From: an uncultured Gemmatimonadota bacterium
GTDB taxonomy: Bacteria > Gemmatimonadota > Gemmatimonadetes > Gemmatimonadales > Gemmatimonadaceae
NCBI GenBank assembly: GCA_903910555.1
Contig: CAIVZZ010000018.1
Coordinates: 31,363-95,362 of the forward strand
Reading direction: 5' to 3'
Length of the DNA: 64,000 nt
Shown: piece by piece, positions 37,447 through 46,726 of the stretch
Layout: the number at the start of each line of letters is the position of its first letter
How positions within the stretch are numbered: position 1 is the stretch's first letter
Translations under genes and position numbers: made by a program
The notes under the pieces: generated by a model
What the model was told of the DNA's origin: nothing
The model's input: only the letters and a program-made list of their open reading frames with translations
The model's database searches: none

Positions 37447-37472
37447 CTTCGGGTGTTGTTCGGGCGTCATTC
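37447..37472 (+). promoter_or_regulatory. candidate LexA (SOS) box of the direct-repeat GTTC-N7-GTTC type: CTTC-N7-GTTC-N7-ATTC
   Basis: Read directly, about 80-90 nt upstream of lexA. The GTTC-N7-GTTC motif is the published box of Alphaproteobacteria and of Acidobacterium capsulatum (from memory). Match is imperfect. Confidence 0.3.
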
Positions 37473-37550
37473 GCACAGGCAACAGAACCGTTTCTCGTCA
37501 CGGGCAGCATGCCGGCCGCCCGTTCACTTCCTTCCGAGCGCTTCGCGCGC

Positions 37551-38171
37551 ATGGACGACGTTATGCCGCTCACCAAGCGCCAGCGCCAGATCCTCGACTA
37601 CCTCACGAATTACGGTTCGATCAACGGCTATGCTCCGAGCTTTGAGGAGATCGCCGAACAGTTTAACTATAACTCTCTGGCGACGGTCCACGAACACCTG
37701 AGCAATCTCGAACGAAAGGGTTACATCAAACGCAGTTACAATGAGAGTCGCGCGATCGAGATCCTCACGTCGGATGTCACGCCCCAGGCCGTCGAGCTCG
37801 AACTGCTGGGCGCTGTGGCCGCGGGTGTTCCAATCGAAGAGATGACGGTCGGCGAGACGGTCGCCGTGCCTCAGGACTTCGTCCGCCGCGCCGGCAGGCA
37901 CTATGTGCTAAAGGTTCGCGGAAACTCCATGATCGAAGACCATATCAGCGATGGCGATATGGTAGTGGTCCACGATCGCCAGGCTGCCGACAATGGCGAC
38001 ATGGTCATCGCCATGCTTGACGGTGATTCAGCGACGGTGAAGCGGTATTACAGAGAGAAAGACGGGCGGATCCGTCTACAGCCGGCCAATGATCAGCTTC
38101 AGCCGATCTATGTGCAGGAGAGTCAGATGCGGGTTCAGGGGATTGTTGTTGGGGTCATGCGGAGGTACTGA
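37551..38171 (+). CDS. lexA: LexA repressor (SOS regulator, S24 peptidase)
   Basis: LTKRQRQILDYL winged-helix N-terminus, cleavage site VAAGVP, catalytic GNSM and K in MVIAMLDGDSATVKRY. Start is the ATG at 37551 or 37563. The track ORF from 36960 is an antisense over-extension. Confidence 0.9.
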   Translation: MDDVMPLTKRQRQILDYLTNYGSINGYAPSFEEIAEQFNYNSLATVHEHLSNLERKGYIKRSYNESRAIEILTSDVTPQAVELELLGAVAAGVPIEEMTVGETVAVPQDFVRRAGRHYVLKVRGNSMIEDHISDGDMVVVHDRQAADNGDMVIAMLDGDSATVKRYYREKDGRIRLQPANDQLQPIYVQESQMRVQGIVVGVMRRY

Positions 38172-38179
38172 AAAAAACC

Positions 38180-38275
38180 GCGAGTTAAATCGTTATTTGT
38201 TGGTTAGTTAACCGACGTTTCTAGTCATTCCAATTTTCTACTATTAACCAACCAACAAGAAACGAATTAACTCGC
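38180..38275. terminator. long AT-rich palindrome (32-bp arms, 32-nt loop) flanked by A7 and T4. Bidirectional terminator or MITE-like element.
   Basis: GCGAGTTAAATCGTTATTTGTTGGTTAGTTAA (38180-38211) pairs with TTAACCAACCAACAAGAAACGAATTAACTCGC (38244-38275), 28 of 32 complementary. Lies between the convergent lexA and trpD genes. Confidence 0.6.
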
Positions 38276-38277
38276 TT

Positions 38278-39321
38278 TTAGTGCTTGTGCGGTGCAGCAG
38301 CCCGAAGCGCGGCGAGCGCCACAGTCCCCTTCCCGGCTTTTAACGCATCGCGCGCCACATCAACCGCCGCCGCGTACGTCGGCGCCATTCCGCTGACATA
38401 GATCGCGCCCGCCGCATTCAATAGAACAGCGGCCTCGGCGGTTGCCGGCGCGGTTCCGGCAAGAACGCGCTCGATCAACGCCGCGTTCTCCGATGGTTCG
38501 CCGCCGCCGAGATCGGCCGCAGTCATGCCAACGAACCCGTAGTCGGCTGGATTCAGCGTCCAGCGCGTTGTCTTGCCGCCTTGAATCTCAAGCACTGTCG
38601 TCAGTCCGATCGGCGAGATCTCGTCCATCCCTGGCTCGCCATGCACGACCAGCGAATGCGTCGTCCCAAGTCGCTCGAGTGCGCCCGCAATAATTTCGAT
38701 CCGCTTCATCGACGCCACGCCGATCACCTGCCGCCCTGCACCCGCAGGATTCGCGAGCGGTCCAACGAGATTCATCAGCGTTTCGATCGCCATCTCCCGA
38801 CGTGCCGGCCCGACGTGCCGCATCGCCGGATGCATCGTCGGCGCGAACATGAATACAATGCCGGCGCTATCGAGCACTGCGCCCATATGATCGACTGGAA
38901 CGTCGATCGCGACGCCGAGCGCTTCGAGAACATCGGCGCTGCCGGATTTCGTCGTGAAGGATCGATTGCCGTGCTTCGCGACGCGCACTCCGGCACCGGC
39001 TGCGAGAATCGCCGCCGCGGTGGAGATGTTGAACGTCGTCATCGCGCCGCCGCCGGTGCCGCACGTATCAACCAGTTCGGTGGGGCGCGCTGTGTTGAGC
39101 GCGGTCATCGCGCTGCGAAGTGCGCGCGCCGCGCCTGCGAGTTCATCGGGTGTTTCGCCCTTCACGCGCAAACCCATCAGCAGCGCGCCGAGCTGCGCCG
39201 CCGTGCCATCTCCGGCCATGACCGCGTTGAACGCCGCTCCCGCCTGTTCTGCAGAGAGCGATTCGCCGTTGGCCAGCTGTTTCAGCGCGGCTTGCAGCGG
39301 CGCAGAAGGAGCGATCGTCAC
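38278..39321 (-). CDS. trpD: anthranilate phosphoribosyltransferase
   Basis: 347 aa. VDTCGTGGG, KHGNRS and SGSADVLEALG motifs. Confidence 0.95.
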   Translation of the reverse strand: MTIAPSAPLQAALKQLANGESLSAEQAGAAFNAVMAGDGTAAQLGALLMGLRVKGETPDELAGAARALRSAMTALNTARPTELVDTCGTGGGAMTTFNISTAAAILAAGAGVRVAKHGNRSFTTKSGSADVLEALGVAIDVPVDHMGAVLDSAGIVFMFAPTMHPAMRHVGPARREMAIETLMNLVGPLANPAGAGRQVIGVASMKRIEIIAGALERLGTTHSLVVHGEPGMDEISPIGLTTVLEIQGGKTTRWTLNPADYGFVGMTAADLGGGEPSENAALIERVLAGTAPATAEAAVLLNAAGAIYVSGMAPTYAAAVDVARDALKAGKGTVALAALRAAAPHKH

Positions 39322-39330
39322 GTGTCTCTT

Positions 39331-40722
39331 CTAACTCTCGCTCATGGAGCCGTGGAGGCGCTCAGGGAGCGCTGCCTCACACGCGATAAGCGAGATGACC
39401 ATACCGAGCAAGCGCACGCGCTCGACGTCTTCTTCGACGAACATGCCGTGCTGCGCGCGGTTCGTGAGATTGACGACCCCGAGCAGCTCATCGTGCAGCA
39501 CGAGCGGAAAACTGATGAACGAGCCGGTGGTGAGATATTCGTCGCCGAGGAGTGGATGCGGAATCGCGTCTTCGCCGGCGTCCATCACGAGGAGCGGCTC
39601 GCGCGACTCGGCGACTTTTCCCGCGACGCCCTGTCCCACCGTGATGTGCGATCCCTCCTTCACATGCGGCGCGAGGCCGCGCCCCGCGGCGAGATAGAGC
39701 GTGGTCGGATCACCGGGGACGCGCAGAAAGAGCGAGCAGCGGTGAGCCTGCATGTCGTCGCCGACAAGTGCGAGGAGGCCGTCGGCGAGCCGGCGCGGTT
39801 CTTCGCGTGCGGCGGCGAGCGTCAGCACGCGATCAAGCAGGTAGAGCGTACGCGTACGCTGGCGGAGCGCCTCGCTGGGACGATGCAGCTCGATGTGCGC
39901 CTGTTCGAGCGCGCCGACGGACGCGGTGAGCTGCTGCTCGAGAACGACCAGCTTTCTCGTGGCGCGGCGCGTCTCTTCGGCGACGCGCGCATCATCGCGC
40001 TCGCGTGAAAGCAGCACGGCGGCCTGCGACGCATCCGGTTTCGGCGTACTGCGCGCCTGACGCAGCTGCTCTTCGGTTGCCGCGAGCCGCGCGAGATAGT
40101 CGCCGTGAACCTTTTGCGTAACATCTTCGAGCGTCTGAACAGCTTCGAGGCGCGCTTCGCGCTCGGCAAAACGCAGAAACGCCATTTCGAACAGCGCGAC
40201 CATTGGTGCGAACCGCTCGGACACGCGGGTCCCGAACACACGTTTCGGTTCGAGCAGCGCGATGAGTCCCGCCAGCTGACCGTCGACACGCAATCCGATC
40301 ACCGACAACCAACCGCCATCACTGACACGCGGCATGGCGAGCATGCGCGCAAAGCCCGGTGACTCCTCTGCGAGATCGGCGAACAAACCGCCATCTGCGA
40401 TGGTCCTGCCGACGGTCTTCGGAAACTGATCGAGCGAAGCCTCCAATGCGACGCGCTCGATGGCGCCGTCGACCACAAGCGCCCGTTCGCGCAGCATCGA
40501 GCGCTTCGCGTCGAGGCGGAAGAGCGCGACACTCGCGCCGCGATCGGTCTCGGCGAGACCCTCCGCGAGCGCGACGAAGGCCGCATCGAGATCGGTCGCA
40601 GCACTCAGGGCGTGCGCGAGCGAACCGAGGGTATGTGGAGGCATTTTTCCGGGTGAGTCCGCGCGCGCCAATCGACGTGCGGCGGAAGTCGAAAGGTTGC
40701 GGCGGATGTCCGGTAAAGTCAA
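39331..40722 (-). CDS. GAF, coiled-coil, GAF protein with no recognisable output domain
   Basis: 463 aa. The C-terminal GAF is clear (GQGVAGKVAESREPLLV ... SFISFPLVLHDELLGVVNLTN). The central region is heptad-like and Arg/Glu-rich. Confidence 0.65.
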   Translation of the reverse strand: MTLPDIRRNLSTSAARRLARADSPGKMPPHTLGSLAHALSAATDLDAAFVALAEGLAETDRGASVALFRLDAKRSMLRERALVVDGAIERVALEASLDQFPKTVGRTIADGGLFADLAEESPGFARMLAMPRVSDGGWLSVIGLRVDGQLAGLIALLEPKRVFGTRVSERFAPMVALFEMAFLRFAEREARLEAVQTLEDVTQKVHGDYLARLAATEEQLRQARSTPKPDASQAAVLLSRERDDARVAEETRRATRKLVVLEQQLTASVGALEQAHIELHRPSEALRQRTRTLYLLDRVLTLAAAREEPRRLADGLLALVGDDMQAHRCSLFLRVPGDPTTLYLAAGRGLAPHVKEGSHITVGQGVAGKVAESREPLLVMDAGEDAIPHPLLGDEYLTTGSFISFPLVLHDELLGVVNLTNRAQHGMFVEEDVERVRLLGMVISLIACEAALPERLHGSMSES

Positions 40723-40839
40723 TGCGTTTTCGCTTTTTGCTCAGAGTGAATAGCACGCGGCTGTCGGCGCAGAGCTTCAGCCTCGCAGCTGTTAGCTCTC
40801 AGCTTGAAGTCGCCTGTGCACGCGGCTACTTTTCTCAAG

Positions 40840-41634
40840 ATGGCGGGACGGACGCTACAGCTCGTTTTGCACTACGATGGCAGCGACTTCGCGGGTTGGC
40901 AGGTCCAACCGGCGCAGCGAACGGTGCAAGGCGTTCTTGAAGCGGCACTTTCCCGATTGCTCGACGAGCCGGTGCGCATAGCGGGCGCCGGACGGACGGA
41001 TGCCGGGGTGCATGCGCGCGGCCAGGCGGCCAGCGTTGAGGTGCCTTTGCATTGGACGGTGGAGAAGCTGCATAAGGCGCTGAACAGCCAACTCCCCGAC
41101 GACGTCTGGGTGGCGCGGACCTTCGAAATGAAGCCCGGCTTCCATGCCCGTTTCAGCGCGACCGGACGTCGATACAGCTACGCGGTGGGGCTCGACGAGG
41201 CAACGCACTCTCCTTTTCGCCGGCGATGGGAATACGCCTGGACGAAGGCAGACCGGGCCCTCAGCCGCGAAGCGCTCGACTGGTGTGCAGAGCGGACGAT
41301 GGGTCAGCATCGGTTTTTCGGATTCGCGGTGCGCGGAACGGCGCCCGCGACAGACGATCACCGGTGCGAAGTGCGGTGCTGCCGTTGGCGCGATTTGCCG
41401 GAAGTTTTGCACGGCGGGCTGGTGCTCGACATCGAAGCGAACCGGTTTCTGCATCACATGGTGCGCTTTCTCGTTGGCACGATGCTCGACGTGGCAGGTG
41501 GCCGGCGGCCGCGCGAGGACTTCGAAGCGCTCCTCACGGCAACGACGAACGACGAAGTGTCGCCGCCGGCACCGCCGCAGGGACTGTGTCTCGAGAAAGT
41601 CACCTACCCCGACGACCTCTACCTCACCGCCTGA
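40840..41634 (+). CDS. truA: tRNA pseudouridine(38-40) synthase
   Basis: YDGSDFAGWQVQ and catalytic GAGRTDAGVHA motif. The ATG at 40840 is preferred over the TTG at 40804. Confidence 0.9.
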   Translation: MAGRTLQLVLHYDGSDFAGWQVQPAQRTVQGVLEAALSRLLDEPVRIAGAGRTDAGVHARGQAASVEVPLHWTVEKLHKALNSQLPDDVWVARTFEMKPGFHARFSATGRRYSYAVGLDEATHSPFRRRWEYAWTKADRALSREALDWCAERTMGQHRFFGFAVRGTAPATDDHRCEVRCCRWRDLPEVLHGGLVLDIEANRFLHHMVRFLVGTMLDVAGGRRPREDFEALLTATTNDEVSPPAPPQGLCLEKVTYPDDLYLTA

Positions 41635-41657
41635 TTCGCGAGCGACGACACCGATCA

Positions 41658-42323
41658 ATGAGAATCTTCCTCGCCACCACTTCGCTCGACGAAATCCGTT
41701 GGGCCACTGCCGCCTCGCTGATCGACGGCGTCGTCGCGACTCCGACCGTCATCGCGACCGAACTGCCCACCGCGGATGCGCGTGAGGTCGTCACCGAGAT
41801 CGCGCGCGGCACGAAACTTCCGATTTGCGCCAGCGTCCCGGCGATCGGCGCGAGCGACATTTACAAAGGTGCGAAAGAACTCGCGAAGTCGGTCGATCAT
41901 CTGATCGTCGCCGTCCCGTTCATTGAAGACGCGGTACCGGCGATCAGGAAACTCGCGAACGACGGCGTGAAGGTCGCTGCGACGCTCATCTACTCAACCG
42001 CGCAGGGGATTCTCGCGGCGAAAGCTGGTGCGTCGCTCGTCACAGTCGCGATCGACACGCTGGAGTCAGTCGGACAGAGCGGACCGGACTTGATTTACGA
42101 ACTTCGCTCGGCGTTCGACCACGCCTCCACGGAATGCGATATCGCCGCAGCCGGGCCGTCGAGTGCGTCGAGCTTCGCCGCGTGCGCCGCGGCCGGCGCG
42201 GACGTTGCGATCGTAACGCCCGCCGTGCTTCGCGCGCTGCTCCAGCATCCGCTCACGGATCGCGGACTCGACCGATTCCTCGGCGACATCAGCCGTCGCT
42301 CCAAACCACGCCGAGCGCGATGA
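41658..42323 (+). CDS. transaldolase/Fsa-fold protein lacking the canonical catalytic residues (probable pseudoenzyme)
   Basis: 221 aa from the ATG at 41658. Aligns by eye along its full length to TalC/Fsa-type transaldolases (LDEI, DGV..P, AAKAGA, HPLTDRGLDRFL). However, K is A in IVAVP, N is T in VATPT, and the N-terminal D is A. Confidence 0.7.
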   Translation: MRIFLATTSLDEIRWATAASLIDGVVATPTVIATELPTADAREVVTEIARGTKLPICASVPAIGASDIYKGAKELAKSVDHLIVAVPFIEDAVPAIRKLANDGVKVAATLIYSTAQGILAAKAGASLVTVAIDTLESVGQSGPDLIYELRSAFDHASTECDIAAAGPSSASSFAACAAAGADVAIVTPAVLRALLQHPLTDRGLDRFLGDISRRSKPRRAR

Positions 42324-43732
42324 GATTTCGTCCGCTGGTACTCGTCTGCGCCGCGCCCATTTTGGTCGCGTGTGAAGGCGCGTCGCCTGCGCCGTCGAAT
42401 GCGCAGACACTGCATGCGCCGGCGCCGTCGTCCAACGCCATCAGCAGCCAGCGCCGCAACGCGATCACCGATGCTGTGCAGAAAGTCGCGCCATCGGTCG
42501 TTACCGTGCAAACGGAAATGGTGCAGCACGTGGCCGCATCGCCTGCGGACTTCTTTTTCGGGACACAGAGCGGCCAGCAGGTTCAGGCCGGCCTCGGTTC
42601 CGGCTTCATCGTCCGCGAGGACGGCGTCATCGTCACCAACGCGCACGTCGTCAGCGGCGCGACAAAAATCAGTGTCGCGCTGCGCGATGGAACGTCGTAT
42701 CCTGCGAAACTCATCGGCATCGACGACCAAAACGATCTCGCCGTTCTGAAGATCGACGCCAGGAAACTTCCTGTCGCCGCGCTGGGCACGTCGCGTGATC
42801 TGATGATCGGCGAATGGGCGATCGCGATCGGGAATCCGTTCGGTTTCATCCTCGGCAACACCGAACCGAGCGTAACCGCCGGTGTGATCAGTGCCACCGG
42901 CAGAAATCTTACGGCACGCGCCGAAGGTCAGGGCGTGTATGTCGACATGATCCAAACGGACGCCGCGATCAATCAGGGCAACTCCGGCGGACCGCTCGTG
43001 AACGCGCTCGGTGAAGTCATCGGCGTCAACAGCTCGATCTATTCGCCGAGTGCGAGTGGCGGCAACGTCGGGTTGGGTTTCGCCATTCCGATCGATCGCG
43101 CACGCCGCGTCGCCGACGACCTTCTCATTCACGGCAAAGTTCGCAAGCCCTGGATCGGTGTGAAGATGGAGTACCCGCAGCAGACGGCGCTGACGCGTGA
43201 TGCGCTGAACTCCGGCGCGCCGATTCATGAGGTCGTTCCGGGCTCGCCAGCCGCCGAAGCAGGGCTCGTCGCCGGGGATGTGCTCGTGCGTGCAAGCGAT
43301 CGCGTGATCAAGAACACGTACGATTGGGACGCAGAGCTACTGGAACTTCACGTCGACGATGTCGTCCCCGTGACCGTGCGGCGTGCCGGCAGAGAGATCC
43401 AGTCGAAGGTGAAAGTCGCGGACTTCCCAGAGGTGAACGCGCAGCGCGTTGCGGTCCTCAAAGAACTCGAACTGATCTCGCTGACGCCCGCGATCCGCGC
43501 AGAGCGAAGCATCAGGAACACACAGGGTGCGCTGATCGCAACCGTGTCGCAAACGGTATCGAGCAGTCTTGGAATTCAGACCGGCGATGTGATCGTGCGC
43601 ATCAACGACTCGCCTGTTGCCGATGCACAGCAGGCGAAGCGCATGCTTGAATCGCTGTCTGGCAAAGGGCAGTCGCGGATGATTTTCGAACGCGGCGGTC
43701 GCCTCCTCTACACCGACTTCTCGATCCGATGA
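42320..43732 (+). CDS. htrA: S1C (HtrA/DegP-type) serine protease with PDZ domains
   Basis: The ATG at 42320 overlaps the upstream TGA. Signal/lipobox-like N-terminus (LVACEG). Catalytic motifs TNAHVV, DLAVLK and GNSGGPL. Confidence 0.9.
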   Translation: MRFRPLVLVCAAPILVACEGASPAPSNAQTLHAPAPSSNAISSQRRNAITDAVQKVAPSVVTVQTEMVQHVAASPADFFFGTQSGQQVQAGLGSGFIVREDGVIVTNAHVVSGATKISVALRDGTSYPAKLIGIDDQNDLAVLKIDARKLPVAALGTSRDLMIGEWAIAIGNPFGFILGNTEPSVTAGVISATGRNLTARAEGQGVYVDMIQTDAAINQGNSGGPLVNALGEVIGVNSSIYSPSASGGNVGLGFAIPIDRARRVADDLLIHGKVRKPWIGVKMEYPQQTALTRDALNSGAPIHEVVPGSPAAEAGLVAGDVLVRASDRVIKNTYDWDAELLELHVDDVVPVTVRRAGREIQSKVKVADFPEVNAQRVAVLKELELISLTPAIRAERSIRNTQGALIATVSQTVSSSLGIQTGDVIVRINDSPVADAQQAKRMLESLSGKGQSRMIFERGGRLLYTDFSIR

Positions 43733-45162
43733 CACATGATCGATACAGCTCTCCGCTCGCCGAGCGTTACGCGTCGGCCGCGATGCTGTCGCTCTGGTCG
43801 GCGCAGACGCGTCATGGCCTCTGGCGGCGACTGTGGCTGGCGCTCGCTGAAGCCGAGCGCGATCTCGGCGTTGATATTTCCGCGGCGGCGATCGCCGAGA
43901 TGAAGCTGCATCTCGATGACATCGACTTCGCGAAAGTTGCCGAATTCGAGAAGCGATTCCGGCATGATGTGATGGCGCACGTGCACGCGTTTGGTGAGGT
44001 CGCGCCCGCTGCACGCGGTGTAATCCACCTCGGTGCGACGAGCGCGTACGTCACCGACAACGGCGACCTGATTCAGATGTATCGCGGGCTGGGGCTGCTG
44101 CGTGCGCGCGTGATTTCCGTGCTGCGGACGCTCGGCGGATTCGCCGCGAAGTGGAAATCAGAACCGACGCTTGGCTATACACACCTGCAGCCGGCGCAGC
44201 TCACGACCGTCGGAAAGCGCGCGACGCTCTGGATGCAGGATCTCGTACTCGACCTTGCCGACATCGACTTCCGCCTCGCGAATCTCCCGCTGCGTGGCGT
44301 GAAGGGAACGACCGGCACGCAGGCGAGTTTTCTGGAAATGTTCAAGGGTGATCACGCCAAAGTTCGTGAGCTCGACCGCCGCGTGACGCAGGCGATGGGC
44401 TTTCAGACTTCCCTTCCCGTCACCGGCCAGACCTACTCGCGCAAGATCGACGCGCAGGTGCTTGGCGTTGTGGCGGGGATCGCGGCGAGCGCGGCGAAAT
44501 TCGCGAGCGACATGCGCGTACTGCAGGCCTTTGGAGAAATCGAAGAGCCATTCGAGAAAGAGCAGATCGGGTCGAGCGCGATGGCGTACAAGCGAAACCC
44601 GATGCGTTCCGAACGGATCAACTCGCTCTCGCGCTTTGTGCTGTCGCTCGAGCCAAACGCGAATCAGACGCACAGCGTGCAGTTCTTCGAGCGCACGCTG
44701 GACGACAGCGCCAATCGCCGCCTCTCGATTCCCGAGGCGTTTCTCGCGACCGATGCCGTGCTGATCCTGATGGAGAACATCGCGGCCGGTCTCGAAGTGC
44801 ATCCGGCGCGCATCCGCGCGCGCATCGCCGACGAACTGCCTTTCATGGCGACCGAGTCGCTCATCGTCCGCGCGGTAGAGGCGGGCGGCGACCGGCAGGT
44901 GGCGCACGAAGTCATCCGCAAGCACAGCATCGCCGCCGCCCGCGCGATGAAAGACGAAGGGGCAAAGAACGACATGCTCGAACGCCTCGCGAAGGACGAC
45001 GCGTTTGGCGTTCCGATGAGTGACCTGCACGCCGCTGCTGACCCCGCGCGATTCATTGGCCGTGCGTCCGCGCAGGTCGACGATTTTCTCTCTGAAGTTA
45101 TTCATCCCATCCTGCAACGCGCTGGGAGCGATACCCGGGCGCTCGAAGAGGTTCGTGTATGA
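43729..45162 (+). CDS. purB: adenylosuccinate lyase
   Basis: 477 aa. Fumarate-lyase signature [11 protein letters not shown]. Confidence 0.95.
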   Translation: MTHDRYSSPLAERYASAAMLSLWSAQTRHGLWRRLWLALAEAERDLGVDISAAAIAEMKLHLDDIDFAKVAEFEKRFRHDVMAHVHAFGEVAPAARGVIHLGATSAYVTDNGDLIQMYRGLGLLRARVISVLRTLGGFAAKWKSEPTLGYTHLQPAQLTTVGKRATLWMQDLVLDLADIDFRLANLPLRGVKGTTGTQASFLEMFKGDHAKVRELDRRVTQAMGFQTSLPVTGQTYSRKIDAQVLGVVAGIAASAAKFASDMRVLQAFGEIEEPFEKEQIGSSAMAYKRNPMRSERINSLSRFVLSLEPNANQTHSVQFFERTLDDSANRRLSIPEAFLATDAVLILMENIAAGLEVHPARIRARIADELPFMATESLIVRAVEAGGDRQVAHEVIRKHSIAAARAMKDEGAKNDMLERLAKDDAFGVPMSDLHAAADPARFIGRASAQVDDFLSEVIHPILQRAGSDTRALEEVRV

Positions 45163-46082
45163 CGGTTGTCGGCCTGACAGATCTCCCCCTCGAACGCGTG
45201 CGTCGCGGCAAAGTGCGCGACGTGTACGCCGTTGACGCGAATCGTCTGCTGCTCGTCGCGAGCGATCGCGTGAGCGCGTTCGACGTGGTGATGAACGAAC
45301 TTCTGCCGCACAAAGGTGCGGTGCTCACGCAGATCACCGCTTGGTGGCTGAAGCAATTCGAAGGTGACCTCGCCCATCATATGCTGAGTGCGGACGCCGG
45401 CGAGATCGTGAAGGAAGTCCCGGTGCTTGCGCCGCATCGCGCGATGCTCGAAGGACGCGCGATGCTCTGCCGCCGCACGGAAGTCTTCCCCGTGGAATGC
45501 GTCGTACGCGGCTACATCTCCGGATCTGCCTGGAAGGAGTACAAGGCCTCGGGTACGCTTGCCGGCGAGAAACTTCCGGACGGGATGGTCGAGAGCGATC
45601 GTTTTGCGAATCCGATCTTCAGCCCGGCGACCAAGGCTGAGACCGGCCACGACGAGAACATCACGATCCCGCAAATGCGCAAAGAACTCGGCGATGCGAA
45701 CACGGCCGAGCTCGAGCGCCTGAGCCGTCACATTTACTCGCGCGGCCGGGACATCGCGGCAACGCGCGGAATTATCATTGCCGATACGAAGTTCGAGTTC
45801 GGCCATGTCGACGGAAAGATCATTCTCATCGACGAAGTACTGACCCCCGACAGCTCACGTTTCTGGGCCGCCGATCAGTTCAAGCCGGGCAAATCCCAGC
45901 CGAGCTTCGACAAGCAGCCGCTGCGCGACTGGCTGGACGTCGAGAAGAAGGCGGGACGCTGGGACGGCAACGTGCCGCCGCCGACGCTCCCGAACGAAGT
46001 CGTGATGGAGACGAGCCGCCGCTATCTCAACGCGTTCGAGCGCGTCACCGGTGCGCCGCTCTCCATCGCCGGAGCAAAATGA
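45159..46082 (+). CDS. purC: phosphoribosylaminoimidazole-succinocarboxamide (SAICAR) synthase
   Basis: 307 aa. [19 protein letters not shown] and ADTKFEFG motifs. Confidence 0.95.
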   Translation: MTVVGLTDLPLERVRRGKVRDVYAVDANRLLLVASDRVSAFDVVMNELLPHKGAVLTQITAWWLKQFEGDLAHHMLSADAGEIVKEVPVLAPHRAMLEGRAMLCRRTEVFPVECVVRGYISGSAWKEYKASGTLAGEKLPDGMVESDRFANPIFSPATKAETGHDENITIPQMRKELGDANTAELERLSRHIYSRGRDIAATRGIIIADTKFEFGHVDGKIILIDEVLTPDSSRFWAADQFKPGKSQPSFDKQPLRDWLDVEKKAGRWDGNVPPPTLPNEVVMETSRRYLNAFERVTGAPLSIAGAK

Positions 46083-46726
46083 ACGTCGCCCGTGAAGGGA
46101 TTCCCTTTATCCTGATTGCCGCGGCGCTCGCGGCGGGCAGTTTCGGCATGGCGCTCCTGCGTCGGTCGTGGCCGCTCTGGCTGCTGGCGTTTGTGCTGAC
46201 GGTTGTCGCGCTCTGGGTTGCCTATTTCTTCCGCGATCCCGAGCGCACGGGCGAGCGAGGCGATGCGCTCGTCGTCTCGCCGGCCGACGGTCGGGTCGTG
46301 ATGATCACCGATGTCGACGAGCCGTCGTTCGTGCACGGCAAAGCAACACGGATCTCGATCTTCATGAACATTTTCAACGTGCACGTGAACCGGTATCCGG
46401 TGACGGGCGCGGTGAAATACGTGCACTACAATCCCGGCAAGTTCATGAACGCCGCCGCGGATAAGGCGAGCCTCGACAACGAACAGATGTCGGTCGGACT
46501 CGAGACGAATGGAAAGCTCATTCTGGTCCGGCAGATCGCGGGCGCAGTGGCCCGGCGCATCGTGACGTACAGCAAAGTTGGCGACGCGGCCGCACAGGGC
46601 GAACGCTTTGGACTGATCCGTTTCGGATCGCGCGTGGATGTCTTCGTGCCGACTAACAGCAAGGTGCGCGTGAAGATCGGCGACAAGCCGGTTGCGGGCA
46701 CGACGGTACTGGCTGAGCTGCCCTGA
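46079..46726 (+). CDS. psd: phosphatidylserine decarboxylase family protein (short, archaeal-type proenzyme)
   Basis: 215 aa. Two N-terminal TM helices and self-cleavage region [11 protein letters not shown]. Confidence 0.85.
   Translation: MNVAREGIPFILIAAALAAGSFGMALLRRSWPLWLLAFVLTVVALWVAYFFRDPERTGERGDALVVSPADGRVVMITDVDEPSFVHGKATRISIFMNIFNVHVNRYPVTGAVKYVHYNPGKFMNAAADKASLDNEQMSVGLETNGKLILVRQIAGAVARRIVTYSKVGDAAAQGERFGLIRFGSRVDVFVPTNSKVRVKIGDKPVAGTTVLAELP

Noticed and set aside
37484-37497. AGAACCGTTTCT as a Cheo-box type (GAAC-N4-GTTC) LexA site
   Set aside because: The half-sites are not complementary (GAAC/TTTC) and the spacing does not fit. The direct-repeat xTTC-N7 array upstream is a better, though still weak, candidate.
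36960-37550. N-terminal over-extensions of ORF-track entries: lexA from 36960, tal-like from 41226, htrA from 42134, purS from 47414, bamE-like from 48500, trpA to 31589, methyltransferase to 17214, HD protein to 28661
   Set aside because: The extensions overlap well-supported neighbouring genes and are low-complexity. Internal ATG/GTG/TTG codons give family-typical lengths and ATGA/GTGA-type coupling overlaps.
40776-40798. CTCGCAGCTGTTAGCTCTCAGCT upstream of truA as a second IVS-like element
   Set aside because: Only about 9-12 nt blocks are shared with the arms at 12349-12392 and 12853-12897, and there is no partner arm or four-helix-bundle ORF. It is mentioned only as a possible solo remnant.
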